A stretch of 64,000 bases of DNA from Vitrella brassicaformis CCMP3155 (lineage: Eukaryota; Protista; Chromerida). The notes below the pieces were generated by a model that was not told where the DNA came from, made no database searches, and saw nothing but the letters and a program-made list of their open reading frames with translations. A program made the translations under genes and the position numbers. The stretch spans positions 248,001 to 312,000 of the forward strand of contig CDMY01000366.1 of assembly GCA_001179505.1 (NCBI GenBank), written 5' to 3'. Of this stretch, positions 49,963 through 61,610 are shown piece by piece; within the stretch, counting starts at the first letter, position 1, and each line of letters opens with the position of its first letter.

Positions 49963-50448
49963 ACATGATGATGATGATGTCAACTCATGAATGCATGTGT
50001 GCGTGCGCAGATGGTGAGTGAGGGTGGGAGTGGGGCTGGGTGACTCGATTGGATTGCACTGACTGGGACGGACGGATGACAGACACTATTGATTCAATCA
50101 TTCCCTATCAGGCATCGAATCAGTGTGTAGTGTCGCCACCTAGTACGAGTCAGCTCTGATGCGAAAAATCCCTCTGTGTAAATCTCTCTCTCACTGGACG
50201 CCAATGGCACCGCTGCGTTTGCAGACTCAGAAGCGCATACATGCAATGCAATGTTGCATTGCATTGCAGGCATCACACCACCATCCATCCATCCATCCAA
50301 TCAGTAAACAAGCAACAACTACTTTTATCTGACCACCACAAGGCAGCAACAACGACTCCGGGAGACAATATGAGAATTTTATCCCCCCGAAGTCCTCTCC
50401 AGCCCCGCCGCAGCGAGATAAAAGTGAATGTCACTCGAAAGCCGTTCC

Positions 50449-52350
50449 TTAGGGGTTGAAGTGGTGTCCGCAGGCAAGAGCTGTGGTGAGTATGCCGAAC
50501 ACGAAGAAGGGCTGCGCCGCTGCCTGGTACTGCACGTCAAACTTGACAGGATCCTTCAGCAGATACCTGACACCACACCACACCACACACACTTGTCCAA
50601 AACATCTCACGGCTGGCTGCCACGTCAGGTCAGCTCACTTGGCCTGGAGGAATATCTGCGGGATGGTGAGCCCCGCGAGAATGGCGGCGTACAGAGGCTC
50701 GTCTAGCGAGTAGACGTATGCGGCCACGCCGAGTTGCGTGAGATCGATGGAGAGGGCGGCGATCCACTTGGCCCTGTCGATGCCGAACTGAACGGGCAGC
50801 GACTTGAGGCCCAGCTCCCTGTCGCCCTCGACCGACTTGAAGTCGTTGACCGTCGCTATACCCACACCGCCGATGCTGATACATACGTATGGGACAGACA
50901 GACATGGTTAAGTGTGTTTGTGTTGGCTCGTGCTGTGTCTTGTCCACCCCACCTGTACAGGAGTGTGAGGATAATGACGGTCGGGTTGAGCTCACCAAAC
51001 ATGGCCTGTCCGCACCACCATGGAAGCGATATGTAGCTGGACCCCAGGGCGTAGTTGCCGATCCAACCACTCTGCTTCAACCTGATCCAGATCAACACAA
51101 CACAACACAACCACACGGATATCGGTGGATTGATGCACATGCAACCAGCCGTCACGTCATGTGGAGGAGTGGAGTGCCTCAAGTACTTGAGTGGTGGTGC
51201 CGAGTAGATGTACGACACGACCGAGCCGAAGATGGCCAGCAGGAGGATGTTGGGCGTGTCGTGGCCCGCCCACAGGTCAAGGCCGTACGCCACCGCCAGG
51301 CCGGCGATCAGCAGACCCCATATCTGACCCTTCACCTGCACACACACAAGATCCCCACACAACCTGCCATCGGGCCTCTTCGTTCTGTTGTCCGCCTGAA
51401 CGCACCTACCTGTCCCTCTGAGATGGCTCCTGATGGAATTGGCCGGTAGGGCTCGTTGATGGCGTCAATCTCGCGGTCATACCAATCGTTCATCGTCTGC
51501 GTGAAACCTGCATCGCATCCACCAAATCACATCAAGTCAAGAAGGAGCGAATGAGAATAGCACTTGGCTCATGTGTTTGAGCGCACCGACCGGTGAGGAG
51601 TGGTCCTGCGAGGACCATGCAGGCGAGTGACTTGAGGAGGTCCTCGCCAGCCTCGGACAGACTCACAGCCTCGGGATTCAACGGATTCCACCTGACAGAC
51701 AGACAGACACACGGAGGCGCCTGCCTGCCTGCCAGGATGTACGTCCTGTTGTGCTGTAGGTGTGTGCATGCGTACGTGTGGTAGTTGCCTGATGCGGCCG
51801 CGCCACAGATGACTCCCCATATGAGAGGGATCCATGTCACTGGCTTCATCAGCTGCAGCCTGGCAGTGTGTGTAGTACCATCCGCCACCAGACAGACAAG
51901 CCATCTTGCTGATGCGACGCGAGCACACGTGCTGTGCTGTGCTGTCCGTTCCTTCCTACCTACCTGATCTTCCATATGTCGGTGGTCTCGGCAGCACCAC
52001 GCACCCCGAGCAGCTGACGCACCGATTTCTGAACGGCGTTGAAAGCAACGGACAGACACACAAAACGAATGCATCACACATATTCGCCCATCGTGTGTGT
52101 TATTGCTCACATCATTGCTCTTGACTTCATCCTTGGCTTCCTTCATCGCCACTCCACCGCCTCCCGGAGATCTCTGCAAAGATGGTGCTCCATGAGATGG
52201 TGCCGGCCTCAGCACGCTGCTCAGCGGAACAACTCTGGGCGGCACAAAGGCGCCCTCCCTCGGCCTCGCATTTGCTGCAGTGGCTTCCAAAGCCGAGATC
52301 AGAAAGGAAAGGCCGGCAAGGGCGAGGAACGATGGAAGAGCCGCCCACAT
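50449..52350 (-). CDS. chlG: Chlorophyll synthase (UbiA family) with bipartite plastid-targeting presequence; multi-exon
   Basis: MKPVTWIPLIWGV.CGAAASG, FTQTMNDWYDREIDAINEPYRPIPSG, SYIYSAPPLK|LKQSGWIGNYALGSSYISLPWW, NDFKSVEGDRELGLKSLPV.FG, DVQYQAAAQPF. N-terminal signal peptide followed by ...GAFVP. Confidence 0.97.
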
Positions 52351-52610
52351 GGTATGGTGCAGCGTAGCAAGGAGGGGGAGGGGAATGCAGCGCCTTTGAG
52401 GGAGATCCGGTCCAGATTCGCATCAAAGCTCGCGGATCGCCAACTCGAGCTAAGAAAAATGGCGACAAAAGCTGCATAGCCGCTCACGCTGGCCTGATTC
52501 GGCTGTCCTGAGTGTGAGTTCTGATGGCCGCGATAATCGGTCATCCATTTCGGTGACTGGCGTTCGACCTGCTGCGCTGCTTGCTTCTGAGTAGCTGAGG
52601 AGAGGAGACG

Positions 52611-55600
52611 ATGAGCGGCGCCACACACCAGCACCCGGCGGCAGGGGCCACGACTGAGAAGGAGTGCCAGACGGGCAAGAAGGACCCCGTGCTGGGCGCG
52701 TACTTGCAGAAGGCCAACTTCCTGACCTCGCGGCACCGGCTGACGGAGGCCCTGGAGGTGTACGAGCAGGCCATCCGCAAGTTCCCGCACAACTCGGACC
52801 TCTGGAACTGTAAGGGAGTCTGCCTCAAGTCACTCGCCAAGAACGATGGTATGTATACATGTGTGGATGGATGGGCACTGCACACACGGGCAAGGCAAGA
52901 GGGACTGCGGTTGGTTATGTTTATTGGTGTGTGTATTTATTGGCTGGCGTGTGTGTTGTGTGTGCACTGCAGAGGCCTTCACGTGTTACGAGAAGGCCCT
53001 CGAGCTGGACCCGTACAATGCGGGGGCGTGCAATAACAAAGGTGGGTGAGGCAGGCAAGGAAGGACGGACGCTTGGACGACTGACTGACTGCCACTTGAT
53101 GGGTTCGTTGGCGTCAGGTGTCATTCACAAGGAGAAGGAAGACTACGAGAAGGCGGTGAGTAGCGAGAGAGACGGAAACAAACACGCCGAAGACAAGACG
53201 TCCCTCGAACATACATAGCGTGTCTGTCTGTCATTGGGACACCATGTGTATATATCCCTCAGATCCAGTGCTACATTGTGGCCCTGCAGCTGGAGCCCAA
53301 CTACACAAGTGAGTTAAAAGAGTGACCGACCGACCGTAGGGAGGGAGGGAACAGTAGCTAGCGCACAGCAGGCATGGCGACAGACATCTCATGCTATCTA
53401 TCGCTGCCTACCTATGCCGATACGTGCATCACGTGTGGTGTGCAGCTGCTGTGCACAACTTGGCGATAGCGCTGACTGACCTGGGCACCAAGCGGAAAGG
53501 GGAGGGCCGGACAGAAGAAGGTCAGCCGAGCCGACCTACTCACTCACCTCACCCACGAAACCCCACTAGTCTGTATGTCTGTCTGTCTGTTCTGATTTTA
53601 CTATGCCATCCGCTCGTCGGTCCCCCAGCGCTGGAGCGTTACCATCAGGCGATTCGCACGGGTGCGTCGTACTCTCCGGCGTACTACAACTTGGGAGTCA
53701 TGTACAGCGAGTTGGGCGACTACCAGAGGGGGATGGAGATGTACCAGGAGGCCGTGAGGCTCAACCCCAGATACGTCGAGGCCTACAACAACATGGGCGC
53801 CATCTGCAAGAACCAGGGACATGTACGTGACGTGATACGCACACACACGGGGAGGGACGTCTCTGTGTGTGTGTGTGTGTGTGGATCAGTTGTACCAGGC
53901 GATAGCCTTTTACGAGAAGGCGCTGAGCATCAACCCCAACTTCCAGATGTCTAAAGGTCAGTCAGGAGGCCTGCAGTGGGGAGGAAACGCCAAGCTTGCA
54001 GAGACCCTCCCCATTCATTTGCTTCCTCGCTGCCTGCGCGTGTGTTTCACTTGACAGGGAACTTGGCGGTAGCGTTGACGGATTTGGGAACGCACGTCAA
54101 GATGCAGGGCGACCTAAAGGTGCCGTGCGTGTCTGTCTGTCGCCTCGCCACACACACGTGACGTGTGTGGCCTTGAACTGCACTGCCTGCCTGATGTTTC
54201 TATATCTCTCTCTGTGTTGTATGTGTGTGTGGCTCTGCTCTGCTCTGTGTGTGTCTGTCTGCTTGCTTGGTTGTGTCAGGGCGGCATCAAGCTGTACAAG
54301 CGGGCTTTGGTGTTCAACCCCCACTATGCTGACGCCTACTACAACCTGGGTAGGCCATTCAGGACACTACATGTAGCAGTAGCAGCGGCAAACGACAGGA
54401 CCGTCACACATGGATGTGTGTGGTGTGTTGGCTGCTCTGTTTAGGTGTTGCGTATGGTGAGCAGTGCAAGTATGACAAGGCCATAGTGCACTACGAGTTG
54501 GCCGTGCACTTCAACCCCCGATGCGCTGAGGCCTTCAACAACCTGGGGGTCATCTACAAGGTCAGCCAGCAACAAACACACGTGCAGACGGACAGCCACC
54601 GTCTGTGTGTTGTGTGTGATGTGCACTGCAGGACAAGGAGAACCTTGACAAGGCCATCTACTACTACAACAAGGTCCTGGAGATCAACCCCAGCTTCGCG
54701 CAGACACTCAACAACATCGGCGTCATCTACACCGTCATCGGAAAGGCAAGCCAAGCCCCCCTCAAGCCCCCCGCCACACACACACACACACACACCCATG
54801 GCTGTGTCATGTCATCTATCTAACCCAGATGACCGAGGCATACGAGTACACGCGTCGAGCGATCGACGTGAATCCCAACTACGCCGAGGCCTACAACAAC
54901 CTGGGTGTGCTCTACCGGGACCAGGGCGACGTCGAGCTCGCCGTGCAGGCCTACGAGAAGTGCATCTCTATCGACCCCAACTCCAAGAACGCACTGCAGA
55001 ATAGGTGCGTGCGCTACGTCGGTCGGTGTGTCGGATGGATGTGATTGATACAGGCGTGGACGGTGGACGGGGTGTGTGTTGTGTTGTGTTGTGTGCTTGG
55101 CTTGGCTCGTGTCGGTCGGTCAGGTTGCTGGCGTTGAACTATTTGGCGTCGGTGAGTGTCCAGGACATCTTTGAGGCGCACAGGCAGTGGGGCATGCAGT
55201 TCACCAGCATGAACGTCAACATCGGTAGGCACCCCACCCCTCCCACCCCTCCCAACACACACACACACACACCCCACACACAGCCTTCCATGTGGGCGTG
55301 TGCACACACACACACTTACACGTTAGGTGGTTCGTTGCAAGTGCGCCGGCCGTTCACGTCGTGGAAGGTGTCGTCGTCTGCCGACCGCGTGTTGCGTGTG
55401 GGGTACATCAGCCCCGACTTGTTCACCCACAGCGTCAGCTACTTCATCCACGCACCCCTCAAGCACCACGACCCCGCCAAAGTTCAGGTGTACGTCTACG
55501 CCAACGTCGTCAAGGAGGACGACAAGACACAGGTGAGTCAGGAACGAGCGGATGGGCAGACAGAGAGGGGGACAGAGACGGAGAGGGTGGTTGATGGAAT

Positions 55601-55641
55601 GGATACGACGATTGGTTCCGTGTCTTATGTGTGTGTCATGA

Positions 55642-55672
<31 letters not shown>

Positions 55673-56797
55673 GTTCAAGCAGCTGGTGCCTGTGTGGCGG
55701 ACGATCATGGGTATGGGCGAGTATGACGTGGCGAAGCTCATTTACGAGGACCAGATTGACATCCTGGTCGAGCTCACGGGACACACGGCCAACAACCGCC
55801 TCGACGTCATGGCATGGAAGCCCGCGCCAGTGCAGGTGGGCACACCCACCACTCAGCCAGCCACATGGTCTCTCTCTCTCTCCCTCTGTGTGGGTGTGGG
55901 TCTGTGTGGATCGATCGTTCGATGGGTCAGATCACCTGGATAGGCTACCCCAACACCACTGGTCTGCCCAGCATCGACTATCGCATCACCGACTCCATCG
56001 TCGACCCCCCCTCCACCAACCAGCCCTACGTCGAGCAGCTGCTGCGGCTACCCAAGTGCTTCCTCTGCTACACCCCCGCGCACGACGCGCCAGAGGTCTC
56101 GCCGTCGCCCTGCCTGCAGAATGGATTCATCACCTTCGGCAGCTTCAATAACCTCGCCAAGATCGGCCCACAGGTAAGGAATATACGAGCCAGTTCATTC
56201 ATCAAGACAGCGGCATGGAAAGGCCTTTCGTTGCGTGTCATTTAATGGTTTCATTGTGGCAGGTTGTGCGTCTGTGGAGTCGCGTGTTGAAGGCTGTGCC
56301 GAGCAGCCGTTTGTTTGTCAAGGCCAAGCCATTCGCCAACAGCCATATCCAGAAGAAGTTCATGGCGCTCTTCGAGGCGGAGGGCATCAGCGCCGATCGC
56401 ATCGACCTCATGTGTCTCCTGCCCATGTGTGCCGAACACCTAAGGGTCAGTCACAGTGAATGACACCTATACCTACCTACACCACGCACACAGAAAGAAA
56501 GGGAGACACCCGTGTTGTGTTTGTCTCCACCCACCAGGCGTATTCGTTGATGGACATAGCGCTAGACACCTTCCCCTACGCCGGCACGACCACCACGTGC
56601 GAGTCGCTGTTTATGGGCGTCCCGGTGGTGACTTTGCGGGGCCAGTCCAACCACGCGCACAACGTCGGCGTCACACTGCTGACCAACATCGGCCTCTCGG
56701 ACCTCGTCTGTGAGAGCGAGGAGGACTTTGTGAGGGTGGCCGTGCAGGTAAACTGCTGGACGGGCAATGCATGCATACCTCCATCACTCAAAGGAAC

Positions 56798-56832
<35 letters not shown>

Positions 56833-59060
56833 TGTGTAGATGGCGTCCGACGTGGGTCGTCTGTGCAGCTTGCGCGAATCGATGCGCAATCGCATGCTCA
56901 GCTCGACGCTGTGCCACGGGGTGTCGTTTACCAAGAACCTTGAGCATCTCTACAGACAAGTCTTTACGCGCTACACAAGACACGGCCCCATCTCACGCCC
57001 AACGCCCTCAATCGCTTCCACGTCGACAAACAACGACCAGTCGTCGGTGTCGGGGTTCGCCAACTCACAACAGCAGAACGGAGGAAACGGATCGCAGCCG
57101 CAGCACAACGCACCGTAAGCCAAGCCGATGGGAGGGAGGAGTGGACAGATAGCGCATGGAGACAGAGCTCTAAAGCACTGCATCTATTCTCTGTCCACTG
57201 TTTGTGTGTGGTTCTTGTGTCAGCAACCCGCTGCTGCCGCCACTGCCCCCGTTTGGCGGTGTCAAGCAGCAGCAGCCTGTCCCGGTGGCCATCCCGTTGC
57301 TCATGCCCAACGGTAGCCCACCACCAGCACCCGCCCCCGTGCCCACGCCCTTCCCGCCGCTGCACCCACCGCTGCCGCCCGGCCTCGGCGTCCCCATGCC
57401 GTCACATCCACCACTGCCAATGGTGAGAGAGAGAGAGAGGGACAGACAGACAGAAAGGTCGCTCGCACAGGCAACAAGCCGTCATTTCATTCTGGTGCAG
57501 AGTTTCCACTCTCCTCCTACGGCGGAGGCCCCGGCGGACTCGACCATGATGATGTTTGACGATCATCACAATCCTGTCAGCGGAACAGCAGGGGGAGGAG
57601 GTGGCACCATGGACGGTGTGGGCGGCAGCAAGCCGGCGCCCTCGAGCCCCGGCAGCCCCATCAAGAAGGTGCCCAAGACGAGCAGAAGGTCGCCGCCGGG
57701 GAGCAAGACGAGCGGTGGCCATCCACGGCCCAACGTGCCGTCGCCGGCCGGGCAGCGGGTCGTCTGGAGGAGCAGCGGTGGCATCGCCGCCGGATCCCCA
57801 CCAGGGCCTGCGGTGGCTCTCAGACCGGGGGTACGTGACTGACGTGGATGGATGGATGGATGGATCACAACTCTCTCTTGTCTTGTCTTGTCTGGCTGTT
57901 GTTGTCCAGGCCGTTCCCCCCGTGCTGCCACCGCAGCCAGGCGTCCCCGCATCCCCAGGGCTAGGTGTGCCCGTCCCCTTCCCGCCGCCATTAGCGCCGT
58001 CTCTCGCTCTCGCCTCACCGCCGCTGCAGGACCCCCTCGCACCACCAGACATCTCAGAGTCGCCAGGGGACCACCCAGACCTCCCGAACGGCACAGCACA
58101 TGATGCGAGATACCTCTGTGCGAATGGTGTGGTGCCGGGCTTCCAGCCAGGGGGACGGCCGAATGGTCTCAATGGTTTGCACCCCCACAATGGGGCGCCC
58201 GTCCCTCCGCTGCCGAGCAACCCTTTTGCAGCAGCGTTGCCGGTGGCACTGCTGCCAGGAGGGGCGGCTCCACCCCTGATGGGCTTCGCTGCCCAGGCTG
58301 CGCCACCACTGACCTATGGCCAGCAGAACGCACCACAAAACGGTGAGGAGGGAGGGGGGAGGGACTCAGTGGGTGGGAGGGTATCGACATGTGGTGCTTT
58401 GTGTGTGTGTGTGTGGATGGGATGAATGCGATGCGTTTAGGTCCGATTGTTGTCGATTTGACGGATGGTGCTGAGGGCGAGGCGGCAGAAGCGGATGTCC
58501 CCGCGAGGCGCAACAAGGCCTCTAGGAGGGAACAAGCACATCAGCAGCATCAACAGCAGCACCCATCGCCCCGCAGGCACACGAACGACAACCCCACCGG
58601 TGGCCCCGGACCGGTCGATCGCAGGAAAGACGATCCCACTGCTGCCGCAGCAGTACCATCATCCGACCAACCAAGACACCAGCAGCAGCAGCAGCAGCCG
58701 CCAGCTGAGAGCGATGCCCCAGCAGCTGCAGCTGCATCGGCGGCGGCGGCGGCTGCCAATGAGGATGACCACCACGCTTCGTCATCATCAGGCCATCGGT
58801 CGCCTCACCAGCGCGGCAACAGCCAAGAGGGCGTGGACTCCTCAGAGGGCGGGAGATCGTCAGAGGCGAGTGAGCAGGCCGACGACGATGCGACAGAGGA
58901 ATCAAGGGGTGAGGACAAGGGGCCGCAGGTCCCACATGACAAGAGGGATGGGGCTGGGGCTGCTGAGGTGAGGCGAGACGGGGGCGGGGGATGCCACGAG
59001 GAAGGGCTGAATAGAAACCCACAGGACGCCAACCAGAACATGAGGCTGCTCGCCGTGTAG
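52611..59060 (+). CDS. SPY: SPINDLY-type TPR glycosyltransferase (GT41, protein O-fucosyltransferase) with a long disordered C-terminal tail; many exons
   Basis: More than 10 TPRs (e.g. [34 protein letters not shown]). Catalytic region [39 protein letters not shown]|[48 protein letters not shown]. Exons after about 57120 are joined by inferred splicing. Confidence 0.92.
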
Positions 59061-60513
59061 GCAGGCAGGCAGGCAGGCACCATTGTGTGGGTCATTGCAC
59101 TCATTGGGTAGTTAGCCGCGCTCACTTGATGAATGGATGGATGGATGGATGGATGGACGGACGAATGGATGGATGGAAGGACGGTTGGGTGAGGGGAACA
59201 CACGCGTTGGGGGAAAGGTAGGGAGGCGGGTAGGGAGGGGGTGAGGGGACCCTGACTGACTTCATTGTTTGGTGAGTCAGTCAGTCGATGTGACCACATG
59301 ATGTACGTATGTATGTTGGCTCGCTATCTGGCTGCTGTTTTGCCAGGCGAGGCCAGGCGAGGGGGGGTGGGACAGATGGGATGGGTCGATGATGAATGAA
59401 TGAATGGATGGATACATGGATTCATGGATCCATTCGTTCATTATCACACGCTGTTCTTCTCTTGCAGCAGACAGCGTATTTTTATCCTCACCTACACACC
59501 GTACACGTGTCGTGTCCGTCCCATCCATGGCTGCCCTTTTGCCCGCACAGCCTGTGTCTGCCTGCCTGCCTGCCTGTTTGCATGCCATGTGCTGCGTGTG
59601 TTGTTTCTCCTCCTTCTCTGGTGTGGTGTACATGTAGACTACCGTACCGTCCCCTAGTCTCCTTCGTCTCATCCGTTGGGTTGGTTAACACACACTGTGA
59701 CACACAGACAGACAGACGGACAGACCGACGGACGGGGCGAGGGTGGGGTGGGTGAGTGGTGAGTGAGTTTCCTAACATCGACCTACCTACTGCAGCACAT
59801 GGGTGGATGGATGGACAATGCTGAATGTGGTTCATGTGTGAGAGATCCGATCCGCACACCGTCAGGTCAGTCAGACTCCTGATGGTCCACACTGACTGAC
59901 TGACCCACGTGTTGTGTAACACTCATGTCAATGTTCCAAACACCGATCTGACAACCCTCTGCCGTAATCATTGACATTTGCACAGCATTCGCTCGCGCGT
60001 CCAACGAGCCAAGGAGACATCCAATCGTGTGCGGCCCGATGTCCTCGCATGGATGGACGCATGCGTCAACGCATCTCATTTAATTATGGATGTAATTGTG
60101 TGAGGGCGTCTCTAAGAAAGCATCAAATGGCCAGCAGGAGGTTCATTCAGCCATCCATCCATCCATCCATCCAAACAGACCACGCAACCACGAGTCTGTC
60201 TTTGAATCAACCAGTCTGAACCTACTCTAACCAGCAAACAACGGTTCAGCCACCCACCGTCGGTGCACAGGGCCTCAACGACTGTTGGGGGAGGGCCTCC
60301 TAGTGGATGCCCACTGGGTCCCCGAATGACCAAAGAATTCGCCCGCCCTCCCGCCACCTTGAAGACCTGCCTGCCCTGCCTGTGCTACTGTGTACCTTAA
60401 ACTGCCGACCTACTACTAACTACTTAAATCCCTCCCTAATACGAAAAAACCTTTGCTACAGGACCTTCTCTCTGAGTCACATCCATCCACCCGTCCATCC
60501 ATCCATCCATCAA

Positions 60514-61453
60514 TCAATCGTCATATGCGACCTGCTTCCACCAGAAGCGGACGAACGGCAGTGCGATCAACGTGGGCAAGGCGAATTGGACGAATACCGT
60601 GAGTCCGTCCACCTCACCACCCCCCATACTCGAATTCGCTACTTCAAAAAGAGTCTCGAAGTAGCCGCACAGCAGAGAGCCGACGATGATGCCCAGATTG
60701 ATGCAAGTGCTATCCCGCACACTCAGATCCCGCAGCCTAAGCGGTTTCTGTTCTTCTCCTGCCGCCGGTTTCGTCCAGCTGTTCTCGAGCACTCGTACAT
60801 CCGACGGCAGGTCACCTGATTGATCAATGAATGACACACACATGTCCCAAAAAACCGACCAACATTTATGTGTGCATCCGCCCATCGCTTACGATCTCTG
60901 GGTATGGTGGTGGCTTCTGGGATCTTGTTCCACCAGTACACGATGATGGGCCCCAGCACCACTGTGGCCAGGGCAAGCTGAGAGAGCACGGCAACCTGGG
61001 CGCTGAACAACTTGGACGCGATCTCAGGGCCGCCCAGACTGCACACACACATACACACAGATGCAGATAAGGCGATTGATGTACCATCCGTTCTCGTCTG
61101 ATACCTGGTGTCAACGTAGAGGTACTCGTGCACTTTGTCCTTCGTGACGACGTACAACCAAGCGATGAGGATGCCGAGCATCGAGCCAATGTTGGCACAG
61201 GCGATGTCCCGTTGGCTGAGATGCCTGAAGAGATTGAATCTTCCAGCGCTCAGGGCGGTCAGCGACCTCCCTCCGGCTGATCTCGGTGTGGGCTGCGGGT
61301 GGTGTGCCACTCGGATGGGCCCTGTGTCAGCCGGATGGGCCGGACGAAGGCCGCAGAGGACGGCAGCGGCGACAGGGCGACGGACAGAAGAATCAGCACA
61401 ATGGGCAGCCTGCAGACAAGGCAGACAGTGCGGCCAATCCCGTCTGTATCCAT
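60514..61453 (-). CDS. Hypothetical signal-peptide-bearing membrane protein with an internally duplicated two-helix unit; putatively plastid-targeted; 4 exons
   Basis: N-terminus ...LPIVLILLSVALSPLPSSAAFVRP. Frame-consistent splicing yields LSQRDIACANIGSMLG...WWNK and LSVRDSTCINLGIIVG...WWKQ. Confidence 0.65.
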
Positions 61454-61610
61454 TTGTGTGTGTGACAGTCGATCTGTCCAGCTCCTTGATCAGCGGGCCT
61501 CTGAGAAAAGGCACACAGGTGCTCAGGGGTCGTAGAAGCCAAGGGATGCTACACTACCAACTTCCACTCGCGAAGATGAAATTTACGCATCTCCGTCCCC
61601 TCCCGCTGCC

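Noticed and set aside
60414-60461. TACTAAC branch-point-like sequence followed by an AT-rich tract and TACAG on the plus strand
   Set aside because: It lies between two convergent 3' ends with no matching donor or coding exon that I could identify. A single 7-mer can occur by chance.
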